Assembly (NCBI GenBank): GCA_963707025.1
Contig: CAVPOM010000014.1
Coordinates: forward strand, 192,001 to 256,000
Direction: 5' to 3'
Length of the DNA stretch: 64,000 nucleotides
Origin: an uncultured Verrucomicrobiae bacterium
GTDB taxonomy: Bacteria > Verrucomicrobiota > Verrucomicrobiia > Limisphaerales > Palsa-1400
Shown: positions 26,593-36,982 of the stretch, piece by piece
How positions within the stretch are numbered: position 1 is the stretch's first letter
How the letters are laid out: the number at the start of each line of letters is the position of its first letter
The notes under the pieces: model-generated
Seen by the model: only the letters and a program-made list of their open reading frames with translations
Databases searched by the model: none
What the model was told of the DNA's origin: nothing
Translations under genes and position numbers: made by a program

Positions 26593-27336
26593 ATGAGCAT
26601 GCACAGTTTGATTATTGGCGGCACCCGCGGGGTCGGCCGCGAATTGGTCCGGATGTTTTCCGAACAGGGCCATGCCGTTTCCGTGGTTGGAAAAAGGCCG
26701 CCGTCCGAGCCGGACCGCCAGCGCAAGAATGTCTCCTTTTGGGCGGTGGACGTGACCAACCAGCCGGCGGTCAAAGCCGCGCTGGCCGGGATCGTCGAAA
26801 AGAACGGGAAGCTGGACAACCTTGTTTTTTTGCAGCGGTTCAAGGGGGAGGACGACAAATGGCTTGGCGAAATCGAAACTTCCTTGACCGCCACCAAGGA
26901 AATCATCGAAGCCCTGGCCGGACAATTCAGCGAGGCGGGCGATCATTCCATTGTCGCTGTCAGTTCGATCGCCGATGAATTTATCGCGGACGGGCAGCCG
27001 GCCAGTTATCATGTGGGCAAGGCGGGATTGTGGCAATTGGTGCGTTACTTTGCCGTGGTGCTCGGGCCCAGGGGCATCCGTGTCAACTGCGTGTCTCCCT
27101 GCACCTTCGTCAAGCAGGAGAACCAGGCCTTTTACTCCCAGAACGAGAAATTGCGCGATCTTTTCCAGCAGATCATTCCCCTGGGCCGGATGGGCAGCGC
27201 GGTTGACTGCGCCAACGTCATCGCCTTTCTTTGCAGCCCGCAGTCTTCCTTTGTCACCGGACAAAGGATCACCGTTGACGGCGGGGTCTCTCTGTTGTCG
27301 CAGGAGTCGCTGGCACGGAAAATAGCCGGCCTTTGA
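26593..27336 (+). CDS. SDR-family oxidoreductase
   Basis: GGTRGVG, YHVGK, IRVNCVSP, FVTGQRITVDGG. Confidence 0.9.
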   Translation: MSMHSLIIGGTRGVGRELVRMFSEQGHAVSVVGKRPPSEPDRQRKNVSFWAVDVTNQPAVKAALAGIVEKNGKLDNLVFLQRFKGEDDKWLGEIETSLTATKEIIEALAGQFSEAGDHSIVAVSSIADEFIADGQPASYHVGKAGLWQLVRYFAVVLGPRGIRVNCVSPCTFVKQENQAFYSQNEKLRDLFQQIIPLGRMGSAVDCANVIAFLCSPQSSFVTGQRITVDGGVSLLSQESLARKIAGL

Positions 27337-27342
27337 GATGCG

Positions 27343-28581
27343 ATGAAGACCTCCACCCAACGCCGCACCTGCCGTTTGTGCGACAGCCCGAACCTGGAGC
27401 TGGCCGTTCCGATCAAGCCCTCTCCGGTGGCCGACGCCTATGTCCCGGCCGATCGCCTGGGCGAGAAGCAGGAACTCTACGCGCTGGATTTGTATTTGTG
27501 CGCCGCTTGCGGTCATGTGCAATTGTTGGAAGTGGTTGACCCCGGCCTGTTGTTTGGCAATTACATTTACACCACTTCGATCTCAGCCGGATTGGTGGAG
27601 CATTTTCGCAAATATGCCGATCTCATCGTCCGCCGCTGCTCCTGCCGCCCCAATTCCCTGGCGGTGGACATCGGCAGCAACGACGGGACCCTCTTGCAGT
27701 TTTTCCAGGCTCACGGCCTGCGCGTGGTGGGGATTGATCCGGCCGCGCAAATCGCCCGCCAGGCCACCCAGGCCGGCGTGCCCACCATCCCGGCCTTTTT
27801 CGATCTGGAACTGGCCCGGCGCATCCGGCGGGAAAATGGCGCCGCGGCTCTCGTCACCGCCAACAATGTGTTCGCCCACTCCGACCGCCTGCCGGACATG
27901 GCCGAAGGCATCCGCGAACTGCTGGCCGAGGATGGCGTCTTCGTTTTCGAGGTTTCTTACCTCGCCGATATTCTGGAGAAAAAGCTTTTTGACACCGTTT
28001 ACCACGAACATCTCTGTTATCATTCCGTCAAGCCGCTCGCTGCCTTTTTCCACCGCCACGGCCTGGAATTCATTGACATCGAACGATTGCCGAATAAAGG
28101 CGGGTCCATCCGCGGCCTGGTGCAACGCCAGGGAGGGCCTCGTCCCATCGCGCCCATCGTCGCGGAGATGCTCCGGCTGGAAGAAAAAATGGGGCTGGCC
28201 AGGTTGCCCGTCTTCAAGGCCTTTGCCGCGGATCTGGAGCGGGTCAAATCCGGCTTGCTGCAACTGCTGGGAAAGCTCCAGAGCGACCGCGAGAAAATTG
28301 CGGGATTTGGAGCTTCCGCCACCGTGACCACCCTCATCTATAATTTTGAACTGGGCCCGTTCCTGAGTTTCCTGGTGGATGATAATGTGTCGCGACACGG
28401 AATGTTTAGTCCGGGGCATCACCTCCCCATTTTTCCGGCGGCGGCGTTGCGCGAGCAAAAAGCCGGGTATGCCATCCTGCTGGCCTGGCAGTATGCCGAA
28501 CCGATTCTCAAAAAGAACCAGGCTTTCACCGGCAGTGGCGGGCGTTTCATTGTTCCGCTGCCCGAGGTCAAAATAATTTAA
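27343..28581 (+). CDS. NDP-hexose C-methyltransferase
   Basis: CRLC...CAAC, DIGSNDG, ANNVFAH, FDTVYHEHLCY, GGSIR, LLAWQY. Confidence 0.92.
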   Translation: MKTSTQRRTCRLCDSPNLELAVPIKPSPVADAYVPADRLGEKQELYALDLYLCAACGHVQLLEVVDPGLLFGNYIYTTSISAGLVEHFRKYADLIVRRCSCRPNSLAVDIGSNDGTLLQFFQAHGLRVVGIDPAAQIARQATQAGVPTIPAFFDLELARRIRRENGAAALVTANNVFAHSDRLPDMAEGIRELLAEDGVFVFEVSYLADILEKKLFDTVYHEHLCYHSVKPLAAFFHRHGLEFIDIERLPNKGGSIRGLVQRQGGPRPIAPIVAEMLRLEEKMGLARLPVFKAFAADLERVKSGLLQLLGKLQSDREKIAGFGASATVTTLIYNFELGPFLSFLVDDNVSRHGMFSPGHHLPIFPAAALREQKAGYAILLAWQYAEPILKKNQAFTGSGGRFIVPLPEVKII

Positions 28582-28709
28582 GCCTTTCTGCCGGGGTCAT
28601 GCGGACGGACCGGTGCAAGATGCGCCTCCCGCCTGTGGAGGAGAAAGATTCCGCTTCCATTTCTCCGTTGGAAAGCTACAATCCAGCCCGTCTCAACAAG
28701 CCAGGCGTT

Positions 28710-31700
28710 ATGAAACTAGAATTCAAAATCTTCCCTGATTCCATTGCTGTGATGGTGATTATTGGATTGGCCGCTCCGGGTCTGCTGGTGGCAACGGCCC
28801 GGGCCGGTCTGGGCTGCGACCCTCCGCCCTCTGGTTTGGTCAGTTGGTGGCAGGCGGAAAGCAATGCCCTGGACCGCGTCGGAGGGAACAACGGCACCCT
28901 GGTCAACGGCGCGGGCTACGCGGTCGGTGAAGTGGGAACCGCCTTTTCGTTCACCAACGCCCTGGCCGCCGTCCAAATCGGCAATGCCACCAATCTGCAA
29001 CTGCAAAGCTTCACCATTGAAGCATGGATTCAGCGCGGGAGCGCCAGCTCCGTCTCCTTCCCGGCCGACGCCGACGCCGAATTTTTCGGCTTTGGCACTC
29101 AGGGCTATGGGTTCGGCATCCACGGGCCCGATAGCGAAAATGGCAGCCAGGGCACCTTGTTTCTCACCGAAAATGACGTGGACGAAGTGGATACCGTCGC
29201 CAGTGTCACCGACACGAATTTCCACCACGTGGCCGTGACCAAATCGGGCTTCACCGTCGTGTTTTACGTGGATGGAGTGGCTTATCCCGCCGGAACCACG
29301 GGGGACACCTACCAATTTACCACCCCGGCGGCCATCGGGGCGCGCGGGGATGATTTGGCCGGCAGTTTTTACGGCTCGATTGATGAAATGTCCATCTACA
29401 ACCGCGGCCTGCTGGCTTCCGAGATCCAAGGCATCTTCAATGCGGGCGGTGCGGGCAAGTGCCCTGTCCCGGTCATCGTTACCCAGCCGGTCAGTCAAAC
29501 CGTTCCGGCCAGGCTCGCAGGTGCAGCTTTTCGTCGTGGCGCAGAGCAGCAACAGCTTGAGTTATCAGTGGATGCTGGACGGAACCAATTTGCCACCCGC
29601 CACCAATTCATCCCTGACGCTGACCAACGTGCAACTCGCCCAAGCCGGCAGCTACACCGTGGCGGTGAGCAACTCCTATGGCGCCGTGACCAGCGCCACC
29701 GCGGTTTTGACGGTCAACTTGACCCCTCCCTGCCTGCCGCCCGCCTCCGGTCTGACCCACTGGTGGCCGGGCGAGGGAGACGCCCTGGACGTGATCACAG
29801 GATCCAACGGCGTGATCAGCGGCGGGGTGACTTTTGTGCCCGGCATGGTCGGCCAGGCTTTCCACTTCAATGGCCTCAACGGCGCGGTTGCCCTCGGAAC
29901 CAACGCGGGTAATTTCGGGACCAACGACTTCACCATAGACTGCTGGCTCAACGACGACTATCAGGTCGGGAGCACAAATTCTGGCGCGACCGCGATGGCC
30001 CTTTTGGAAAAGCGGGTTTCCTGCGATGCCAACTCCAGTTTCCTGTGGATCGGCTTCGCCCAAGGGGGCTCCATCCCGGCGGGCACGGTCGGGATGGCCA
30101 TTACCACCGGTGGAACAGGAGTCGTCCCAGGCGTTCTCTCCCAACACGTTTTCAATGATGCGCAGTGGCATCACCTGGCCTTTGTCAGGCAAACCACCAA
30201 TCTCCTCTTTTACGCCGATGGCGCTCTGGACAGCTCGAACAACAGCCCGGCCGTCATCGTCATCTCCAACAATGTGTCTTTGACCTTGGGCACATCGGTC
30301 TGTGTTGGCGTGGATGGAACGGAGCCCCTCCTGGGGAGCGTGGACGAATTGGACTTGTGGAGCCGCGCCCTGGCCCCCGCGGAAATCGCGGCCATTTACA
30401 ACGCCGGCGCCGGCGGCAAATGCCTGGCTTTGTCCATTCCGGCCCAGCCCACCAACACCAGCACCGTTCTCGGCAATTCCGCCACGTTCATGGTCGAAGC
30501 GGAGGGCAGCGCCCCCTTGCTTTACCAATGGAGTTTCGACGCCACTAACCTTCCCGGAGCCACCAACAGTTCTTTGGTTTTGACCAATGTGCAATTGGCC
30601 CAGGCGGGTTCCTACTCCGTGACCGTGAGCAACCAGGGCAATGCCGTGACCAGTTCTACTGCCCTCCTGACGGTTAATCTTCCTCCCCCGTGCATTTCCG
30701 CGCCCTCCAACCTCATCGCCTGGTGGCGGGCCGAAGGCAACACCCTCGACGAGCTGGGCGGCATCAACGGCACGATCACCGGCAATGTCAGCTATGCCCC
30801 TGGTGAAGTTGGGCAGGGATTCTTGCTCGGTGGCATCGGCTCCTCTGTCAACCTGGGCACTCCCACCAATCTTCAACTCCAGACTTTCACCATCGAATCA
30901 TGGATTCAGCGCAGCAGCACCTCCATCGTCAGCCAGGATCCATACACGGGCGATGGCATGCTGCTGGGCTACGGCAACAACGGATACGGATTTTACCTCA
31001 CCGGCGCCGGCAGCCACTTGGCTCTCGGATGGGTCGGCAACAGCAGCCTCATTTCATCCGCGACGGTGACAGATACAAATCTTCATCATGTGGCCGTGAC
31101 GAAATCCGGCAGCACCGTGGTTTTTTATCTGGACGGGGTGGCTTTTAACGTCCCGGCCTACACTCCCACTTTTGCGTTTACCTCGCCGGTGGCCATCGGC
31201 GACCGCGGCGACAATGCGGGAAACAGCTTTTTGGGCCTGATTGATGAGATGGCCTTCTATAATCGCGCCCTGACGGCGGCGGAGATTCAATCCATTTACA
31301 ACGTCGGCAGTGCCGGCAAGTGCGCCATCGCTTATCCGCCCGTCCTGGTGTTTGTTCCGGCCAGCCAGAGCGTGCCGCTGCATGGCACGGCCAATTTGGT
31401 GGTTTCCGCCGCGGGCACCGTGCCTTTGTCTTACCAATGGAAATTGAACGGCACAAACCTGCCCGGAGCGACCGGCCCGGTGCTGACGCTGGCCAACCTT
31501 CAAATCAGCCAGGCCGGCAGCTATAGCGTGACCGTCTCCAACAGCGTCACCAGCATCACCAGCACCAATGCGGTGGTCACGCTCATCTATCCCACCGCTC
31601 CCATCAAAGTGGTCGCCACCAACGCTGTTGCCGGCAGCCTGGTCACGGTGCCGGTGACCCTGACGGCCAACGGCAACGAAAACTCCCTGGCGTTCAGTTT

Positions 31701-32927
31701 GAATTTCGCCCCCGCCGCCTTGACCTATGCCGGCATCACCCTGGGCAGCGGAGCCCCCGGGGTTCTCTCTCTGACAATACTAATTCTATCAGCGCCGGCC
31801 AGTTGGGCGTCGGCGTTTTCCTGCCCTACGGTTCCACCTTCGCCTCCGCCGCCGATGAGGTGGTGCGGGTGAATTTTCTCGCCGCCATCAACACCAATGC
31901 GTCCTCCGCCACGGCCATCACCTTTGGCAGCGTCCCGGTGCAGGAGCAACTGGCCGACCCTCTGTTCAACCTCCTCCCGGCCAGTTACACCGCTGGCACG
32001 GTGACCATTGCCGGCGTCACCAATTTTGAGGCCGATGTCAACGGCAACGTCCGCCTGACCCTGGCGGATTGGCTGGCGGAAGGCCAGTTTGTGGCGCAAC
32101 TCGCCACCCCCGCCAGCCCCTCCCAGTTCCAACGCGCCGATTGCGCCCCACGCTCCACCCTCGGCGACGGTGCCCTGACCGTCATTGATTGGGTGCAGGT
32201 TGGCCGCTACGCGCTGGGCTTGGATCCGCTGACCGTCGCCGGCGGGCCAACCGCCTCATCCGGCAGCGGCACGCCCGTGCCCCCGTCGGCCACGCGACTG
32301 CTGATGGTCAGCAGTCCTACGGTGCAAATGGGACTGGCGGGCACGGTCAATCTCAGCATCAGCCTGGCCGCGCAAGGCAACGAAAATGCCGCCGGCTTCA
32401 CCTTGAGTTTCCCGCCGGCCAATTTCAGTTTCAGCAGCGCGACTTTGGGCGGCGCGGCGGGCGGGGCCACCCTGATCCTGAATACCAATCAGTTCCATTC
32501 CGGCATTTTGGGCGCCGTGCTGGCCCTGCCTCCGGGCAACAGTTTTGCCGCCGGCTCCCAACAACTGCTCTCGGTCAACCTCAACCTGGTGGGAACAAAC
32601 TCCGGCGTCTCCACCGTCGCCCTCACCAGCCAGGCGATCAAGTGCGAAGTCTCCGACCCCCTGGCCAATCCCCTGCCCATCGGCATCGTCAACGGAACCA
32701 TCACCGTCAATTCCATCCCCGCGCTGGCCATCGCGCTCTCCGGAACGAATGTCGTCCTCTCCTGGCCGCTCTGGGCCAGCAATTTCCTGCTGCAATCGGC
32801 CAGCGGCGGCACGCCGCCCCTGGTGCCTTGGTCCAACTCCCCGCTTTCCGTCACCGCCACAACCTCAAACTTCGTCACCCTCCCGCCCACCAACCGCGTG
32901 GAATTCTTCCGCCTGGACCAGCCTTGA
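28710..32927 (+). CDS. Large secreted LamG-jellyroll/Ig/cohesin protein, split by frameshifts at ~29510 and ~31760
   Basis: Three C..P.SGL..WW..EG..LD...HHVAV...G.IDE...YNRAL...C modules each followed by an Ig domain (YQW...GSYSV), two cohesin-like GNEN...F(S/T)L.F modules, C-terminal FFRL. Confidence 0.8.
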
Positions 32928-33014
32928 TTCCGGCGCAAATCTCTGCCACACTCCGGGCTGTGGAACAGAAAAATCGGAGAACCTGACGGCGTTAAAACCG
33001 TCCTGCCTTGATTC

Positions 33015-33983
33015 ATGAAACTGCCCTCTCTCTCCGTCATCGTTCCCAATTACAATCACTCGCAGCACTTGCCCGCCTGCCTCCGCGCCATTGCCACCCA
33101 GTCGGTGCCGGCCGATGAAATCATCGTCGTGGATGACGCCTCCACCGACAACAGTGTCGCAGTACTCGAAGGTTTGGCGCGCCAATATCCCTCCCTGAAA
33201 GTTTACCGCAACCCTGTCAATCAAGGATTCATGGGCACGGTCAACCGGGGAGTGGATCTGGCCAGGGGTCAGTTCCTCTGTCTGCCGGGGGCGGACGACG
33301 AAATCAGGCCCGGGCTTTTCGAAAAGTCGCTCGGTCTTTTGGCCCAATTTCCCCAGGCCGGTTTGTGCGGCGCCATTTGCCGGATGTTCGACCTGAAAAG
33401 CAACTTGAGCTATGATTTTGGCGTCGCCATTTCCAGCCAGCCTTGCTATCTCCCCCCGCCCAAAGTGGTGGAACTGGCCCGGCAAGGCCGCCTGCTCGTT
33501 TTTGCCTCCACCTTTCTCTGGCGGCGCGATGCCTTCCTTCAAGCCGGCAAATATCATGTGCCCCTGCGCTGGCACTGCGACTGGTTTGCCATGTTCGCCA
33601 TCGCCTTCCGTCACGGCCTCTGTTTCGTCCCGGAAGTGCTGGGCGAGTTCCGCCTGGACCCATCCAGCGTGTCCAATCGCGGCAAAAAAAAACTCAAGGT
33701 CCAGCTCGAAGTTCTGCGCTGCGCTTTGGACCTGCTGGAGCGGCCGGAGAATCAGGACGTCGCGCCGCTCTTCCGCCAAAGCGGCCTGCTGGCCCCCTTT
33801 GGCAAGGAGATGCTCTGGCTGGTCCTGACCCGCCGCCGCTACTGGAAAAACATCAATCCAACCTTCCTGCGCCACTCCCTCTGGTGGACCCTCCGCATTG
33901 AAGCAAAAAAAATTCTGCCCCGCTCCGTCGCCCGCCTCTACTATCAATGGGCAGGCGTCAGCACGCCGGCATCGGCCACCTGA
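33015..33983 (+). CDS. Glycosyltransferase family 2
   Basis: SVIVPNYN, VVDDASTDNS, ADD. Confidence 0.92.
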   Translation: MKLPSLSVIVPNYNHSQHLPACLRAIATQSVPADEIIVVDDASTDNSVAVLEGLARQYPSLKVYRNPVNQGFMGTVNRGVDLARGQFLCLPGADDEIRPGLFEKSLGLLAQFPQAGLCGAICRMFDLKSNLSYDFGVAISSQPCYLPPPKVVELARQGRLLVFASTFLWRRDAFLQAGKYHVPLRWHCDWFAMFAIAFRHGLCFVPEVLGEFRLDPSSVSNRGKKKLKVQLEVLRCALDLLERPENQDVAPLFRQSGLLAPFGKEMLWLVLTRRRYWKNINPTFLRHSLWWTLRIEAKKILPRSVARLYYQWAGVSTPASAT

Positions 33984-33992
33984 CACGCCCTT

Positions 33993-34532
33993 ATGAACAA
34001 ACCCAGCCTTGGCCCGCGCCGGATCGTTTACCAAAATGCCTTCCTCAAAATCTCCCGCGTCCGGGTTCAGTTTCCCGGCTTTGCCAAAACCATCTTCGTC
34101 AGCCATTATGGCCCCCGCGCCGGCGTCCTGTTGCTCCAGAATGAAAAAGTCCTGTTCGTCCGGCAATATCGCCTGCTCGTCAACGGCCTGGCTCTGGAAA
34201 TTCCCGGCGGCAAGGTGGAGGACGCCGAACCCCCCCGCACCGCCGCCCTCCGGGAATGCATGGAAGAAACCTGTTTGCGTTGCCTCAACCTCAAACCCCT
34301 TTTGTTCTACCAGCCCGGCCTCGATACCGACGACAATCCCACCTCGGTCTTTTACTGCACGCGATCGCAACCCGTCCCGCGCCAAAAATTGGACCGCCGG
34401 GAAATCGCCGAACTGGTTTGGATTCCATTCTCCCGCTGCGTCGAGATGGTTTTTGCAAAGCAGATTGTGGACGGCCTTTCCGTCGCCGCCATTCTGGCCT
34501 GGCAAGTAAGGAAAAGGCGCCGCCATGTCTAG
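33993..34532 (+). CDS. NUDIX hydrolase (ADP-ribose/NDP-sugar pyrophosphatase-like)
   Basis: VRQYR...LEIPGG; Nudix box GKVEDAEPPRTAALRECMEET. Confidence 0.9.
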   Translation: MNKPSLGPRRIVYQNAFLKISRVRVQFPGFAKTIFVSHYGPRAGVLLLQNEKVLFVRQYRLLVNGLALEIPGGKVEDAEPPRTAALRECMEETCLRCLNLKPLLFYQPGLDTDDNPTSVFYCTRSQPVPRQKLDRREIAELVWIPFSRCVEMVFAKQIVDGLSVAAILAWQVRKRRRHV

Positions 34533-35121
34533 CCCGCCAAGCCCTGGCCGCGCCGCCTTTCTCGACCGCGACGGCGTGCTCATTGAAGACGTGGATTGGC
34601 TGATCCGCCCCGCCCAAATCCGCCTTTTCCCCGGGGTGCCGCAAGCTTTGCGCCGCCTGGCCGAAGCCGGCTTCCGCCTCATCGTCGCCACCAACCAACC
34701 CATCATCGCCCGCGGCCTGGCCACCGAAGCCGAGTTGGAATTGCTCCATGCCGCCCTGGCCGCGCAATTGACCGCCGCCGGCGCGCCTGCCTTGGATCGT
34801 TTCTATTTCTGTCCCCATCACCCCAAGGCGACCTTGCCGGCCTATCGCCTCATCTGCGACTGCCGCAAACCGCGTCCCGGCCTGCTCCGGCGCGCCGCCG
34901 GGGATTTCGGCCTGGATTTGCGCGCCTGCTTCATGGTCGGCGACCGCGCCAGCGACATTGCCGCCGGCGCCGCCGCCGGCTGCCGCACCGTCCTGGTGCA
35001 AACCGGCAAACACCTGCTGCCGCCCATTCAAACCGCCGACCCCATGGATCCACTGCTCAAACCGGATTGGACTTGCCCCGATCTTCCCGCCGCGGCTGAA
35101 TGGATTGTGAACCATAAATGA
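34525..35121 (+). CDS. gmhB: HAD-IIIA D-glycero-D-manno-heptose 1,7-bisphosphate phosphatase
   Basis: FLDRDGV, ATNQ, CPHHP...CDCRKP, MVGDRASD. Confidence 0.85.
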   Translation: MSSPPSPGRAAFLDRDGVLIEDVDWLIRPAQIRLFPGVPQALRRLAEAGFRLIVATNQPIIARGLATEAELELLHAALAAQLTAAGAPALDRFYFCPHHPKATLPAYRLICDCRKPRPGLLRRAAGDFGLDLRACFMVGDRASDIAAGAAAGCRTVLVQTGKHLLPPIQTADPMDPLLKPDWTCPDLPAAAEWIVNHK

Positions 35122-35150
35122 CACCATTTCCAACCGCCCCACTTAAAAAG

Positions 35151-35184
35151 GTAGGGCGGGTCCCGAATTATCGGGACCCGCCGC
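35151..35184 (+). repeat. GTAG-type REP palindrome
   Basis: GTAG-GGCGGGTCCCGA-ATTA-TCGGGACCCGCC; core identical to the copy at 9248-9274. Confidence 0.8.
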
Positions 35185-35208
35185 GGCTGAATGGATTCTA
35201 AACAACCC

Positions 35209-35943
35209 ATGAGAGCAATGGTTTTGTGCGCAGGCTACGGGACACGGCTGGGGGATCTCACGCGCGAGACTCCCAAGCCCATGCTCCCACTCAACGGACG
35301 CCCCATCCTGGAATACATCCTCGCCCACTTGCGCTCCCACCATTTTGACCAGGTCGCCGTCAACCTTCACTTTCTGCCCCAGGCCATCCGCGCTCATTTT
35401 GGCGGCGGCTCCGCCCTGAAAATCGAGCTGGCTTATGTTTATGAAGACCGCCTGCTCGGCACCGCCGGCGGCATCAAAAACATGGAACCCTTCCTCAGTC
35501 TGAGCGATCCGTTCCTGGTCCAATATGGTGACGTCGTGACCGACCAGGATTTCACCGCCATGCTCCGCTTTCACCGCGAGCGCGCGGCCCTGGCCACCCT
35601 GCTCCTCCACCAAAGCGCCCGCTCCAACAGCCTGGTCAGCCTCGATGACCAGGGGCGCATTACCGGATTGCTGGAGCGGCCCGATGACCAATCCCGCCGC
35701 GGCCTGCCCACCAACTGGGTCAATTCCGGCATTTGCCTCTGCCGGCCCGAAATTTTTGCCCGTATTCCGCCGCAAACACCCTGCGATTTGCCGCGCGACA
35801 TCTTTCCAAAGTTGATTCCCACCGGCCGTCTCTTCGGCTTTCCCCTTTCCGGCTATCGTTGCGCCATTGATTCCCCGGCCCGCCTGGCCGAGGCCGCCGC
35901 CGCCCTCGCCGAAGGCCGCTGCCGCATTTCCCTCGCGCCGTGA
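35209..35943 (+). CDS. Sugar-phosphate nucleotidyltransferase (HddC/GMPP-like)
   Basis: LCAGYGTRL..LT...PKPM, LLGTAGG, YGDV, VNSGI; alternative start at 35191. Confidence 0.9.
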   Translation: MRAMVLCAGYGTRLGDLTRETPKPMLPLNGRPILEYILAHLRSHHFDQVAVNLHFLPQAIRAHFGGGSALKIELAYVYEDRLLGTAGGIKNMEPFLSLSDPFLVQYGDVVTDQDFTAMLRFHRERAALATLLLHQSARSNSLVSLDDQGRITGLLERPDDQSRRGLPTNWVNSGICLCRPEIFARIPPQTPCDLPRDIFPKLIPTGRLFGFPLSGYRCAIDSPARLAEAAAALAEGRCRISLAP

Positions 35944-36189
35944 AACGGCCAACCGGCTTCCCGCAGTGTCACGCCAAAGCGCGTCAGTTCTTTTTTGTGT
36001 TGTTGCGGGCGGGGCGCGCCCTTCTCAATTTCGCCCAATCCGCCTGACTTTCGTTTCACGCCGCAATGAGAAATTACTGTGAGGCGCTTCTTTCAAAAAC
36101 CAGCGGAAAGCCGCCGCCGCCCGCGCCGGGCCGGGGTCCATCCCGAAAAGTGCTTGGTTGAAAGGAGATCCGTCTTTATATTGTGCCTT

Positions 36190-36669
36190 ATGGTTCATGT
36201 TGGAATCGGTTACGATGTTCATCAGTTGGTCGAAGGCCGCCAGTTGATCCTGGGCGGCGTCACCATCCCCCATCCCAAGGGGTTGGACGGCCATTCCGAT
36301 GCCGACGTCCTCATGCATGCCATCTGCGACGCCATCCTCGGCGCCCTCGGCCAGGGCGACATCGGTACTTTTTTCCCCAATACCGACCCGCGCTGGAAAG
36401 GCGCGCCCAGCAAAGTCTTTTTGCAGGAAGCCGCCCGCCAAGTCCGATTCCACAACGGCAAGATTGTCAACGTGGACGCCACCATCATCGCCCAACAGCC
36501 CAAACTCCAGCCCCAAGTCGCTGACATGAAATCCAACGTGGCGGAAGCCCTGAGCATCCACTTCAAAAAAATCGGCATCAAGGCCACCACCAACGAACGC
36601 CTCGGCTTCATCGGCCGGGAGGAAGGCATTGCCGCCCTGGCGGTGGCCGCCGTGGATTTACCCCAATGA
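36190..36669 (+). CDS. ispF: 2-C-methyl-D-erythritol 2,4-cyclodiphosphate synthase
   Basis: GIGYDVH, GHSDADV, DAILGA.G.GDIG, IKATTNE.LGF.GR.EG. Confidence 0.97.
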   Translation: MVHVGIGYDVHQLVEGRQLILGGVTIPHPKGLDGHSDADVLMHAICDAILGALGQGDIGTFFPNTDPRWKGAPSKVFLQEAARQVRFHNGKIVNVDATIIAQQPKLQPQVADMKSNVAEALSIHFKKIGIKATTNERLGFIGREEGIAALAVAAVDLPQ

Positions 36670-36673
36670 TCTC

Positions 36674-36982
36674 ATGCCAAAAGCCGAAATCAGTTGGAAA
36701 CGCCGGACGGAGGACGGCGCCCCCTTGCAATGTTACGCCCAACATGTCGGCAAACGCTGGCTCTTCTACCGCCGCAATAAACGCTTCGATCAATGGCAGC
36801 CCGTGGAAAATCCGCCGGTGGAGGACTGGCTGGCCTTGCTCGATTCCGTCCGCCGCCGCATCAACCGCCGCCTGCTCCGTCCCGAAGAGGAAGATCGCCT
36901 GGTCAAAACTATCACGGAAAGACATCCCGGCGCCGACACCCGCGCCGCAATCGCCGCGCCAACCAATGAAGCCCCGCAATAA
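36674..36982 (+). CDS. Small hypothetical protein
   Basis: MPKAEISWKR... fits between ispF (4-nt gap) and the C26 gene; ordinary globular composition. Confidence 0.7.
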   Translation: MPKAEISWKRRTEDGAPLQCYAQHVGKRWLFYRRNKRFDQWQPVENPPVEDWLALLDSVRRRINRRLLRPEEEDRLVKTITERHPGADTRAAIAAPTNEAPQ

